Shown here: positions 38,730 through 48,257 of the stretch, one piece after another
Numbering within the stretch: the stretch's first letter is position 1
Layout of the letters: each line of letters opens with the position of its first letter
The notes under the pieces: model-generated
Database searches by the model: none
What the model was told of the DNA's origin: nothing
Seen by the model: the letters and a program-made list of their open reading frames with translations, nothing else
Program-made: the position numbers and the translations under genes
From: a virus
Length of the DNA: 64,000 bases
Strand: one strand, 5' to 3'
Virus record (IMG/VR): IMGVR_UViG_3300023084_000004

Positions 38730-39073
38730 TATTTAATTCTCCTATTGTATACATCATTATTAGTATTTTGTCCTGGAATTTTACCACGACAATATGAAAC
38801 AAAAAATGCAGAATAATTAATTAAATCTTTTGCTGAATCTTCGAGTGATTCGAAATTTGGATTATAGTCATCACTTTGCATTGCTTCCATAACTGATTTC
38901 ATACGGAGCATTTTTGCATTCATAACATCATAGATTGAATCAATACCACGAGGGTAGTAATCTGCTTGTTGAACAGTTGAATTTGGATTTTGATAATCGC
39001 GAGATTTTTTCAACTGTAAGTCGATACATTCTTGAAGAACGTTGACTGCTTCGGGATTGGTTTGTTTACTCAT
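38729..39073 (-). CDS. DUF1599/nucleotide-modification-associated all-alpha pyrophosphatase-like protein
   Basis: LQLKKSRDY, KMLR, ESLEDSAKDLINYSAF. Confidence 0.7.
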   Translation of the reverse strand: MSKQTNPEAVNVLQECIDLQLKKSRDYQNPNSTVQQADYYPRGIDSIYDVMNAKMLRMKSVMEAMQSDDYNPNFESLEDSAKDLINYSAFFVSYCRGKIPGQNTNNDVYNRRIK

Positions 39074-39096
39074 AAGATCTCCATAATATAGACACT

Positions 39097-39125
39097 ATTA
39101 TACCACACTTTTTCGCAAAAGTAAA
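39097..39125 (-). promoter_or_regulatory. Sigma70-type promoter TTTACT-N17-TATAAT
   Basis: GTTTAC -35 as in T4 early promoters. Confidence 0.6.
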
Positions 39126-39144
39126 CTGTTTTTTTCAATTATTT

Positions 39145-39378
39145 TTACGGAAGTCTTGGTGCTTCAGGTGTGTGAAAGTACTTATCAATCATTGCAATTT
39201 TATCATTATAATCTGCAATAATAGCAAGTTCCTTTTCAATTGTTTCCATAACGTCTGGATGTTCTGCGACACCCACATTATTTTCTAATAGAACTTCAAT
39301 ATTAATTCTATGTTTAGCAACGTGTGCTTCAAAATGCTGTTTTGATACAGCAAGTAATTCTTTTCTAAATGTTTTCAT
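39145..39378 (-). CDS. Hypothetical protein
   Basis: ORF; VGVAEHPDVMETIEKEL segment. Confidence 0.65.
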   Translation of the reverse strand: MKTFRKELLAVSKQHFEAHVAKHRINIEVLLENNVGVAEHPDVMETIEKELAIIADYNDKIAMIDKYFHTPEAPRLP

Positions 39379-39387
39379 AATATATCC

Positions 39388-39801
39388 TTAAAATAAATCT
39401 TGAAAGATACCATGATTATCTTCATGGCTTGGAGCAGTCCACCCCTCAGGTTTTACAAGATCTGGTACGCCCAGTGGATTGGGTCTTGTTTCTTTAACAC
39501 CTACTTCTTTTGCCATATTTGCTTTGAGAACTGTATCCCAAGCTTTATGTGCATCAATACCATAGGCATCTAATGTACCAATTGCAACAACACAAAGATC
39601 AATTAAACCATCTACGATTTCTTCTGCATCTTCATTATTGAATGCTTTTCTTGTTTCGTCGAGTTCTTCTTGGAGAAAGTTAATTCTAAACTTTAAAAAC
39701 TCTTTAAGCTTTTCATCGTCTTGCATACTATATCTAACCCATTCACGAGTTTGATATTTAGTCTGCATGTCATGAATATCTTGTACCCAATCTTTACTCA
39801 T
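39388..39801 (-). CDS. MazG-like/PRA-PH nucleoside triphosphate pyrophosphohydrolase
   Basis: FLQEELDE, EEIVDGLIDLCVVAIG, VLKANMAK, DLVKPEGW. Confidence 0.85.
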   Translation of the reverse strand: MSKDWVQDIHDMQTKYQTREWVRYSMQDDEKLKEFLKFRINFLQEELDETRKAFNNEDAEEIVDGLIDLCVVAIGTLDAYGIDAHKAWDTVLKANMAKEVGVKETRPNPLGVPDLVKPEGWTAPSHEDNHGIFQDLF

Positions 39802-40018
39802 TTTCAAAATACTCCATTAGTTCGTTATATCCACCAATATTTTTATCTTCAACTACTATCTGCGGAAATGTTCTTGCAGATGGAAATTTTTCAAAAAATT
39901 GCGGTGGAGTATAATCCTCATTAAGCATTAAGTATTCATACTCAACACCTTTTTGCTCGCATAATGTTTTAGCCATATTACAATATGCACAAGACTCTTT
40001 ACCGTATATAGTAATCAT
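39794..40018 (-). CDS. nrdC: Glutaredoxin
   Basis: CAYC, RTFPQI, IGGYNEL. Confidence 0.9.
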   Translation of the reverse strand: MITIYGKESCAYCNMAKTLCEQKGVEYEYLMLNEDYTPPQFFEKFPSARTFPQIVVEDKNIGGYNELMEYFENE

Positions 40019-40305
40019 TATACTAATTTAAGTCCTGGGCCTGTGGCTAATTCAATACCTGAAGTTGCTCTTACAACTTCTTTTACAAGTTCTTCACCAG
40101 GTTCCGCAACAAACATTACGTGTGCTTCACCAATAACAAAGTCTTGTCTTTTTGCGTAAGGTACAAATGGAACCATTCCAATTTTACCTTCACCGGCCGG
40201 CACTAAAAGAATTGCATCTTTTAATGTATAGAATCCTTTATCAAAAACGACTTTGGCGATTATTTCTTCTCCAGTCGAGAGTCGTACGATTTGTATATCT
40301 TTCAT
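40018..40305 (-). CDS. Hypothetical protein (Sm-like beta fold)
   Basis: IVRLSTGEEIIAKV N-terminus common in T4-like phages. Confidence 0.6.
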   Translation of the reverse strand: MKDIQIVRLSTGEEIIAKVVFDKGFYTLKDAILLVPAGEGKIGMVPFVPYAKRQDFVIGEAHVMFVAEPGEELVKEVVRATSGIELATGPGLKLV

Positions 40306-40335
40306 AAGATAGTCCTTTTTAATTTAATTTCAGCT

Positions 40336-40364
40336 ATTATAACACAGTTTATTTGAAATGTCAA
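40336..40364 (-). promoter_or_regulatory. Sigma70-type promoter TTGACA-N17-TATAAT
   Basis: Exact consensus. Confidence 0.7.
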
Positions 40365-41134
40365 CCTTTTTCTTTAAATAAAGATTCGACATTAAAGTTT
40401 TCATATTGTTCTGGCATTGGCATTGGTTTTACCCAAGTGATTTCTCTATTATATGGATTATATGTTTCACCTTTAAAATAATCTTCCATACAAACAAGTT
40501 CACCAGGAAACTCTTTATACATTTTAGCCATTTCTTCATACCGTTCAACAAGACCACGAATTAATGGAAATGCTCTTTCGTTCTCACCAAAGTTTGGTTG
40601 ATCTTCTAAATCAACAGTAATTCTATAAGGTTCATCTTCTTTACCCATTGTTGCTAAATGAATTTGTCTTTGATTTTCAGTCATGTTTCGAAGATAATCT
40701 CTTACATTTCTTTTAAATCCAGTACCACCAAAGTTTCCATCTTGTCTTACTGCAACCCAACTTTCACATTGAGCTCTAAAATCTCTTCTATAAAGATAGT
40801 AGATTCTATCTACTGCATTCAATATTCTACTTACATGTTCTTCATTTCTTACTTGAATTGGAATTAATTTAAAACAACATGGGTGTCCGGCTTCAAGTTG
40901 TTCTATAAATCTTTCATGACTTATACAAGCTTCTCTTTCTACAGGATCCTGATATTTTTCCATCTCTTTCCAAGGTGAATTAATCAATTGCCATTTTGCT
41001 CTTGCTTCACCTAGATCATAAGGTCTTGGATCACTAAACATTTCACCTTTATAAGGCACACCATATTCTTCTGCTTTTTTTAATGTAAACGACGTACTCG
41101 CTGTACGATAATTTGCGATAATTGCTATTCTCAT
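40361..41134 (-). CDS. Sulfotransferase-like P-loop protein
   Basis: IIANYRTASTSF (PAPS-binding loop-like), YKGEMF, CFKL, YYLYRRDFRAQCESW (3'-phosphate motif-like), LVCMED. Confidence 0.5.
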   Translation of the reverse strand: MRIAIIANYRTASTSFTLKKAEEYGVPYKGEMFSDPRPYDLGEARAKWQLINSPWKEMEKYQDPVEREACISHERFIEQLEAGHPCCFKLIPIQVRNEEHVSRILNAVDRIYYLYRRDFRAQCESWVAVRQDGNFGGTGFKRNVRDYLRNMTENQRQIHLATMGKEDEPYRITVDLEDQPNFGENERAFPLIRGLVERYEEMAKMYKEFPGELVCMEDYFKGETYNPYNREITWVKPMPMPEQYENFNVESLFKEKG

Positions 41135-43677
41135 GTGAAAAAATCCTCGATTGTATTTACTTTTTCTGATTTCCAGCCAAGAGGTTCGATAATGTTCTCT
41201 ACTGGACTGAGAAATACTTTTGAGAATTGTGTATCATAATCAATATACTTGTCTAAGCCGAGTTCTTTCGGAAGTACACCAGGAAATGAAATCATATTCT
41301 CACGTATTGGATTCGGTACTTTAAGGTATAAGAATTTAATCTTATCACCTGACTGAATCTTTTCATATTTCTTATTCAACTTATGCTGTTCAAGGAAGTG
41401 ATTATAAAGAATACATCCTCTTACATGCATAGGGCAACCTTTTTTGTATAGGTTGACTTTGTCCATATATTTATTGATATTGTCTGTGCCTGAAGTTTTA
41501 GCAATTTCTTCAGGTGGAAGTTTTCTAAATTCAGTACGGAAGTTAGCAATAAATTTTTGTGTTGCTTCTTCATCACCACCGAGTATTACTTCAAATATAT
41601 CTTTCATCTTATCACGACAAACTTGTGGTGTCGATGATCTTACTGATTCAAGACCAGTAACAGAAACTTTTGGTTTTTCATAATGAACACCTTCACTATT
41701 AAGTGTATTCAAAATGTATCTTTTCTTTGCGATAAAGATAGAACGATCAGTAATCTTTTCTCGTTTCATTACCATCGCATTACGATAAGCACCCATGTCA
41801 GATCGAAGCTTTTCATAACCAGCTTCAATAACTTGTTCAATCTTTGTAGAACAAACTTTGTCTAAGAATTCTTCACCTTGCTTACGGTCAATGTCTACTG
41901 TACCAAATACTTCTTTTACTAATGGACTAAAGTTTACATAAATCGAATCGGTATCGATATACACAATATAATCTTTATTTTCTGTGTTGAGTATCTTATT
42001 GAGATATTCATTTACAGATTTTTGAGCATATCGAATACTTAATTGACCAGATGTAGTAATTGCTTCCGCCATTTCGTTAATATAATATAGGAAGTAGATA
42101 TTTGCTGTTGCGCCATAAAGAGAGTTCATAGCAATCTTGATTGACATTTGAGAATTATGAAGTTGATTCATTTCTCGTTTGAGTCTTTTCTTTTCAGCAG
42201 GATCTGTTTCAATCTCGAATTGCTGTTCGACTGCAATCATTTGTTTCTTAATTACAGAACGATTATTATAGTATTCGTCAATGATACTTGGAATAATACC
42301 AACCTTATCGTTTCTAAAACAGACACCATTTGCAGCAACAGACATATTTGGATTTGTATTTTTAAAATCACCATTGAGTACCATGTCTTGTGTTACTACT
42401 TCTCTTTCCTGCGGCATATATGTTTCAGGTGACATATTGTATTGCAACATAAGATGTGGATATAGAGAGTTTAAGTCAAATGATACAACCCACGGATACA
42501 TTCCAGGTTTTGGATCTTTTACATAACCACCTACAAGTTCACCTTGACGAATTCCAGGAGAGTCTTTAATAGGAGGCACAACTTTATCTTTAATTAATCT
42601 ACGATAGATAGTTGATTCCCAAATTCCTACAGTACCAAACGCATCACCAAAGTTTACACCACCACCATAAGCAACTGTCATAACTAACGCGAGAAGAGAT
42701 GTTTCTTCTTCCATTCTTTGAATGAGGTGTGTATCTTTTAAGTTATAGTCAAGATAGAGTTGTGGGTTTTCATCATATAATGCAGTCAATGAGCCATATT
42801 CAGAATAATCAAGTTTCTTTTCACCAAGAATAACATGAGCAATATGGTCAAGTTTATATGATTCTTGTGGACCATACTTATAACCAAACTTTTTAAAAGC
42901 ATCCATGTAGTCAATTACAGACATACCAGAAATTTTGTACGTTGATTGTACTTTACCAAATACTTCACGACGTCTTTGATCAATCAATTTCCAAGGTGAA
43001 AGTTTCTTTGCAGATTCTTCACCAAGTAGTCTTATGATACGTGTTACGATATATTGAATATCAAAGTATTCAACGTTCCAACCAGTCACGATGTCTGGAT
43101 AGTCAGCGGTCCATAGTTTAATAAATCCTTGGAGAAGTTGAACTTCAGTATCGAACTGCGCAAAAACAATGTCATCAGGATCAATACCAGTTATTGTTTT
43201 TGTTTTATCGTATTCTTTACGACCAAGTAGGAAATATTTTTTAGACTTAGATGATTTATATGCGATAGAAGTAATTTCATTATTTGCTTGTTCGATATCA
43301 GCAAATCCATCACGAATATCAACCTCGATATCGAAAGATACGATGTTAACATCTGAAATATTAAATCTTACTTCTTCTGGATAATGTTCTTGAATAAATT
43401 GAGTAATGAAGTTTGTTGAACCATATACTTCAAAACCTGCTACACCTTTGTACTCTTCAACAAAGTTTTTAGCTTCTCGCATTTCACCAAATTTTTGAGG
43501 ATGGAGAGATTTACCACCAATCAACGACTTGAAATCACCACCTTTCTTAGGTGTATGCAAATAAAGCGTAGGCTTAAATGGAACACGATACGAAAAACGT
43601 TTACCGTTCTCGTATCCTCGCCATAAAATATTCTTACCGTAACGTTCTACGGAAGTGTAAAATGAAGTCATTGTCAT
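41131..43677 (-). CDS. gp43: DNA polymerase gp43 (family B), no intein evident
   Basis: FDIEV, SFDLNSLYPH, KIAMNSLYG, YIDTDS, KKRY. Confidence 0.98.
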   Translation of the reverse strand: MTMTSFYTSVERYGKNILWRGYENGKRFSYRVPFKPTLYLHTPKKGGDFKSLIGGKSLHPQKFGEMREAKNFVEEYKGVAGFEVYGSTNFITQFIQEHYPEEVRFNISDVNIVSFDIEVDIRDGFADIEQANNEITSIAYKSSKSKKYFLLGRKEYDKTKTITGIDPDDIVFAQFDTEVQLLQGFIKLWTADYPDIVTGWNVEYFDIQYIVTRIIRLLGEESAKKLSPWKLIDQRRREVFGKVQSTYKISGMSVIDYMDAFKKFGYKYGPQESYKLDHIAHVILGEKKLDYSEYGSLTALYDENPQLYLDYNLKDTHLIQRMEEETSLLALVMTVAYGGGVNFGDAFGTVGIWESTIYRRLIKDKVVPPIKDSPGIRQGELVGGYVKDPKPGMYPWVVSFDLNSLYPHLMLQYNMSPETYMPQEREVVTQDMVLNGDFKNTNPNMSVAANGVCFRNDKVGIIPSIIDEYYNNRSVIKKQMIAVEQQFEIETDPAEKKRLKREMNQLHNSQMSIKIAMNSLYGATANIYFLYYINEMAEAITTSGQLSIRYAQKSVNEYLNKILNTENKDYIVYIDTDSIYVNFSPLVKEVFGTVDIDRKQGEEFLDKVCSTKIEQVIEAGYEKLRSDMGAYRNAMVMKREKITDRSIFIAKKRYILNTLNSEGVHYEKPKVSVTGLESVRSSTPQVCRDKMKDIFEVILGGDEEATQKFIANFRTEFRKLPPEEIAKTSGTDNINKYMDKVNLYKKGCPMHVRGCILYNHFLEQHKLNKKYEKIQSGDKIKFLYLKVPNPIRENMISFPGVLPKELGLDKYIDYDTQFSKVFLSPVENIIEPLGWKSEKVNTIEDFFT

Positions 43678-43701
43678 AATCTACTTTTGTAAGAGGGTAC
43701 C

Positions 43702-43730
43702 ATTATAACATAGGTACCCGAAAATGTCAA
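43702..43730 (-). promoter_or_regulatory. gp43 promoter TTGACA-N17-TATAAT with -10 box bracketed by GGGTACC/GGTACCC
   Basis: Read directly. Confidence 0.75.
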
Positions 43731-43736
43731 CTGCTT

Positions 43737-43792
43737 TATGCACTTTTATGTACGTAAAAGTGTAACTTGTATGCACTTATATGTACGTAAAA
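43737..43792. repeat. Two near-identical 23-bp quasi-palindromic direct repeats (TATGCACTT[T/A]TATGTACGTAAAA), 33-bp period
   Basis: Copies at 43737-43759 and 43770-43792. Confidence 0.8.
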
Positions 43793-43797
43793 ATGCA

Positions 43798-45510
43798 TCA
43801 TGCAGCAATTTCACTAAAGTTTTTCACTTTATCAAATCGAATTGCAGTATCAAATTTATCTGCAAATTGGTCTCCTCTATGTGATATCACAAAGATATTA
43901 TCATCTGAGTTCAAACTATGTAATGTTTCAATCAGACTTTCAATACCTACACTATCAAGTGCACCATCAAGAGTTTCATCGAGTATTAAGAGGTTAGTGG
44001 ATACTGAGTTACGTAATTTTGCAACAGATCTCCATGCTAACATAATTGATAGAGTAATACGAAGTTTTTCACCTTCACTAAATGATGCGTAAGAGAAATT
44101 ATCTCTAAATCGAGATCGTATTACTTCATTAAAGTTTTCATCTAATTGGAAGTCAACAAAAAGATCAAAGGCCGCAAGATACTTATTAATCAGTTTATTC
44201 ATTACTGGAATATATTGACTAATGATACGAGCTTTAATTCCACCATCTTTAAGTATTGCTGAAACAACACCAAGTACGTCATATTCTTCTAAAAGTTCTT
44301 TACGTTCTTTAACAAGTTTTTCCAATTTTGTTTGAAGTTTATGTAGTTGTGTAGTATCTACTTCTTCTACTTCACGTTCAGCATTCTCAAGTTCATGTTT
44401 AAATGCAAGTAAAGCATTCTTAGACATTTTAATTTCTGCACGTATTTCTGAGATCTGAAAATTTAATGTTTGTATTTTGTCTTCTACTTCACTAATTTCG
44501 TCTATACGAGTTTGGTAGTTTGAAATTGATGTATTCACTTCATCAAGCTTTTCGTCAATAAGAGATTTCTTTTCTGATCTTTCATCTACAACTTTTTCTT
44601 TAAAGTCATGCGCAATACCTTGTTTACAAGTTGGACAATTGTCATTATCATGATAGAAGCTGAGTTCTTTATCAATATTACGTCGTGCAATTTCCATATC
44701 TTGTCTCATAGAATTTGCTTTATCGAATTCTTCTTTAACTGTTTTCTTATCAGCTATTTCTTCATATTTTTCTTTAATCTCACTATCAATAACAGAAATA
44801 GATTCTTGTTTTGATTCAATTTCAGAAATATGGTTATTCATCTTAGTACGAATCTTATCAACCTCAGTTTCTTTAATCTTACGAATAGCGTCATTATTTT
44901 CTTGTACTAAAAGAATATTGGCTTCAGTTACTTCGTTCTTATATTCGTTTTCATTAATACTATTTTTAGTCTTATTGATTTGTTCTTTTGCAAGAATACC
45001 CATTGTACTAAACACTTGAATATCAAGTAAGTCTTCGATAATTTCTCTTCGTTGTTGAGCCGGTAATTCCATAAAAGGAACATAGGTTGCACTACCAAGT
45101 ACTACAATCTGATTAAATGATTTATAATTAATACCAAGTATATTGTTTTCAAGGTATAATTGATAATCACGTTTAGCAGCATCTTGATCAATCATTTGGC
45201 CATCTTTATAAATCTCAAAGACATTTGGTTTCATACCTCTACGAATCATGTAGTTGTTTCCACCTGCAGCAAAAAAGATTTCAACTAATAATCCTTTTTG
45301 ATTAATAGAATTGATAAGTTGAATTTTATTTACTTTACGAAATGGCTTGCCATATAAACCATAAACAATCGCATCGAGGATTGTACTTTTACCTGAACCA
45401 TTAGATCCACTAATTAAAGTAGTTGGCTTATCACCGAGTTCTATTTCTGTAAAGGTATTTCCTGTTGATAATATATTTTTGTATCTTACTTTCTTAAAAT
45501 TAATTCGCAT
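43798..45510 (-). CDS. gp46: Recombination ATPase gp46 (Rad50/SbcC-like)
   Basis: GSNGSGKST, CPTC hook, FSEGEK, LILDETLDG. Confidence 0.97.
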   Translation of the reverse strand: MRINFKKVRYKNILSTGNTFTEIELGDKPTTLISGSNGSGKSTILDAIVYGLYGKPFRKVNKIQLINSINQKGLLVEIFFAAGGNNYMIRRGMKPNVFEIYKDGQMIDQDAAKRDYQLYLENNILGINYKSFNQIVVLGSATYVPFMELPAQQRREIIEDLLDIQVFSTMGILAKEQINKTKNSINENEYKNEVTEANILLVQENNDAIRKIKETEVDKIRTKMNNHISEIESKQESISVIDSEIKEKYEEIADKKTVKEEFDKANSMRQDMEIARRNIDKELSFYHDNDNCPTCKQGIAHDFKEKVVDERSEKKSLIDEKLDEVNTSISNYQTRIDEISEVEDKIQTLNFQISEIRAEIKMSKNALLAFKHELENAEREVEEVDTTQLHKLQTKLEKLVKERKELLEEYDVLGVVSAILKDGGIKARIISQYIPVMNKLINKYLAAFDLFVDFQLDENFNEVIRSRFRDNFSYASFSEGEKLRITLSIMLAWRSVAKLRNSVSTNLLILDETLDGALDSVGIESLIETLHSLNSDDNIFVISHRGDQFADKFDTAIRFDKVKNFSEIAA

Positions 45511-46571
45511 TATAATTCCATAGCTTCATGATATAAGTCATCAATTGTCTTTTTAATTTTTAATTTATCAACTTGAGTTTCAAGAGATTCAATATAGTTG
45601 TGTAGTATTTCAGTAGTGTCTTTTGTTTCATCAAGAATCTCATCAACACCTGCTGTTTCAAGATTGAGATTATCATCAATTGCTTTTACATCAACTGCTC
45701 CACATTCACTTATTCTACTCATAAACATATCGTATAGGTAAGCGTTTGTACGATTCTTAATAATAATTTTTACAAAGGTGTCTTTATATCTATCTACATC
45801 GTATGAAGCAACATCATCGACTGTCCAGTGTTCATCATCATAATCTATTTTAAAGAATACTCGATTTGGATTTTCTATTTTTTCCATTTTACGAGTTTGA
45901 GTATCAAACACATGGAAACCTCTACTACCATTGTAGTCAGACCATGTCATTTCATAAGGTGCACCAAGATATTCTATATTGCCATATCGAGATGGATGAT
46001 GAAAATGGCCTGAGTATACATCTTCAAATTGTTTAAACACATCTACTTCTAAACCATGTGTGCATAAAGCACCTCTCATCATTTCGAATCCTTTGACTTC
46101 TAAATGGCCCATTACAACATTTGCATCAGATTCTTTGATGATTTTAAAGTTTTCTTCTGCGTTCTCTTTACTAATCCAAGGAAGCATAAGGAACTTTGTT
46201 CCGTCGATTTCTAAATGTTCTGCAATATCTTGATAAAGAGTAAAAGATGGATATTCTTGTAATAAGAGATTCATGCTGTTAACATCATTCATATTACTAT
46301 AATAAGTATCATGATTACCGATGAGCGCATGAAAATTTATATTACGTTTTGCTAATTCATCAAATAAAAATTCTTTTCCTTTTTGTAGACTTACGTAATT
46401 GATATACTTCCTACGATCAAAGGTATCGCCGAGATCGAATACTGTTGTAATACCATGTTCATCGATATAAGGAAAAAATACCTCTTGGAAAAATTTTCTT
46501 TGAACTTCATGAAAAACACGACTGTCTCCTCTAGCACCGATGTGAATATCGGTTACAATTGCTATTTTCAT
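45510..46571 (-). CDS. gp47: Recombination nuclease gp47 (Mre11/SbcD-like)
   Basis: TDIHIG, LGDTFDRR, GNHD, SGHFH. Confidence 0.97.
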   Translation of the reverse strand: MKIAIVTDIHIGARGDSRVFHEVQRKFFQEVFFPYIDEHGITTVFDLGDTFDRRKYINYVSLQKGKEFLFDELAKRNINFHALIGNHDTYYSNMNDVNSMNLLLQEYPSFTLYQDIAEHLEIDGTKFLMLPWISKENAEENFKIIKESDANVVMGHLEVKGFEMMRGALCTHGLEVDVFKQFEDVYSGHFHHPSRYGNIEYLGAPYEMTWSDYNGSRGFHVFDTQTRKMEKIENPNRVFFKIDYDDEHWTVDDVASYDVDRYKDTFVKIIIKNRTNAYLYDMFMSRISECGAVDVKAIDDNLNLETAGVDEILDETKDTTEILHNYIESLETQVDKLKIKKTIDDLYHEAMEL

Positions 46572-46572
46572 A

Positions 46573-47202
46573 CTACTCCTTGACTGCGGCTGTATTTAAA
46601 TCTAATACATCTGTATTTAAATCTAATACAACGTCATCATCAGTCTTTGTCACTCTAACACTGTGATCTTCAGTTTGTTTTAAAGCGGAAAGATATTTTG
46701 CTAACATTCCTCTTTGTTTTACAATCTTAGTTTTCTTTTTCAGTGCTCTTTCATATTTAACACGTGATACTACCTTATTAAAAGTAATACCTTGAAGGTG
46801 TTCATATTCATGGATAAAACATCTTGCTCCATATCCTTCTACTTTACCTTCTTGTGGTTGCATATTTTCATCAAACCATTTTGCAATGACGAAAGCTGGA
46901 CGTTTAATTTGCATAAACACATCTGGAAAACTTAGACATCCTTCAACTTCATTAATTTCTTCTGAACTTACTGACACAATTTCTGGATTAATTACCATGA
47001 TTGCAGTTTCAGCATCTTCACCCATAACAAATAATTTATAGTCAAGTCCAACTTGACATGCAGAAAGACCGAGACCTTTCTTACTAATCATAAGTTCTAC
47101 CATGTCTTTCTTAAGTTGTACTGGATCAAATCCAGGATTCTCAAGATCAACATCCTTTAACTCCTTCGCCAAAATTGGGTCTGGAAAATATACTAGTTTC
47201 AT
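46573..47202 (-). CDS. def: Peptide deformylase with extended C-terminus
   Basis: GLGLSACQVG, EGCLS, HEYEHLQG. Confidence 0.92.
   Translation of the reverse strand: MKLVYFPDPILAKELKDVDLENPGFDPVQLKKDMVELMISKKGLGLSACQVGLDYKLFVMGEDAETAIMVINPEIVSVSSEEINEVEGCLSFPDVFMQIKRPAFVIAKWFDENMQPQEGKVEGYGARCFIHEYEHLQGITFNKVVSRVKYERALKKKTKIVKQRGMLAKYLSALKQTEDHSVRVTKTDDDVVLDLNTDVLDLNTAAVKE
46590..46630. repeat. 21-bp tandem duplication encoding VLDLNT twice at the PDF C-terminus
   Basis: CTGTATTTAAATCTAATACA twice. Confidence 0.85.
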
Positions 47203-47624
47203 AATTTACCTTCTTCTCTCATCTGTTTACGAATTTTAGTAGCAGAGATTTTATGGACATCCGCTCCTAAATCATGTTCTGTAAAAGTATAACCAACACC
47301 ACGTCCATAACTAATATCGACAATGTTTGGGACCACAAGGATCATATACTCTTTACCTTCTGTGTATCCTGCATCTCCGAGACCTTTCTTAATCCCATCA
47401 ATAACAGCAATTTCTCCAAAGGGATTGTCGGTCTGATCTGTTGTACGACCAGCTCCTGCATCTCCTTCATATCCATAAACTTCACGTACCATTATAACAA
47501 CTTGTCCGGTAATTGTCAAGGCTTTTTCAAATAATTTTGTGTGACCATCGTGCCACGGTTGCCATCTTCCTAACATTTGAACTGTTGGCTTCTTATAATC
47601 AAATGCGTCTTCTGGGTTAAACAT
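47199..47624 (-). CDS. HxGH nucleotidyltransferase (cytidylyltransferase-like)
   Basis: MLGRWQPWHDGH, ISATKIR; start at MFNPE. Confidence 0.8.
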   Translation of the reverse strand: MFNPEDAFDYKKPTVQMLGRWQPWHDGHTKLFEKALTITGQVVIMVREVYGYEGDAGAGRTTDQTDNPFGEIAVIDGIKKGLGDAGYTEGKEYMILVVPNIVDISYGRGVGYTFTEHDLGADVHKISATKIRKQMREEGKL

Positions 47625-47838
47625 CCTTTTGTACTCCAAATTTAATGTACTTATACCATACACGTTCGTGATAATAATATAAGATCATTTTAGTAGCAAC
47701 CTCAAATCCGGCGATCATACCAGCCCAATCTACTTGTCCTGTAATTAACCAAGCAAGTAAAAAGGTATCTGTTGTTGCTAAGACTCTCCATGTTAATGTT
47801 TTTGCGACATGACGTTTTGCACTTACCTTCTCTGCCAT
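47617..47838 (-). CDS. DUF2061 small membrane protein
   Basis: RHVAKTLTWR, EVATKMILYYYHERVW. Confidence 0.88.
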   Translation of the reverse strand: MAEKVSAKRHVAKTLTWRVLATTDTFLLAWLITGQVDWAGMIAGFEVATKMILYYYHERVWYKYIKFGVQKDV

Positions 47839-48257
47839 TGTGAAAACGCCTTTTCTAAAATTGGTTCAAGTTTTAATTCTTCTTGAGGTCTAAATGAATC
47901 TACTATGTAATCAATACTATCAACATCAGGAGCTTCAAAGACTTTATTCGTATCTTCAAATCTACCTTCATCAATAGTATTCATCCAAATAACATAATCA
48001 GGTTCAAATTCATCTCTTGCCTTTTGAAAAGGACAAACGAAATCTGCAATAGCAATTTTACCTGCCATAGAAACTCCGTCTGCAAGATGTCTCATTCGAG
48101 CAGCTTGTCTCATTCTGCCTTCATCTGAGAAATCCCAATCATTATATTTTTCTCTAACTGCGTCTGCATTAATCCAAACACCTTCAACCAAATCTGCTAA
48201 TGGTTGTGATAACGTACTCTTGCCCGAGCCAGGTAGTCCAAAGACCAGTACTTTCAT
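47823..48257 (-). CDS. Adenylylsulfate kinase-like (CysC-like) P-loop kinase, short form
   Basis: GLPGSGKST, NADAVR, WDFSDEGRMRQAARM, ADFVCP. Confidence 0.75.
   Translation of the reverse strand: MKVLVFGLPGSGKSTLSQPLADLVEGVWINADAVREKYNDWDFSDEGRMRQAARMRHLADGVSMAGKIAIADFVCPFQKARDEFEPDYVIWMNTIDEGRFEDTNKVFEAPDVDSIDYIVDSFRPQEELKLEPILEKAFSQWQRR

Noticed and set aside
43737-43792. Possible mini-CRISPR array
   Set aside because: Only two repeats with a 10-bp spacer; no cas genes
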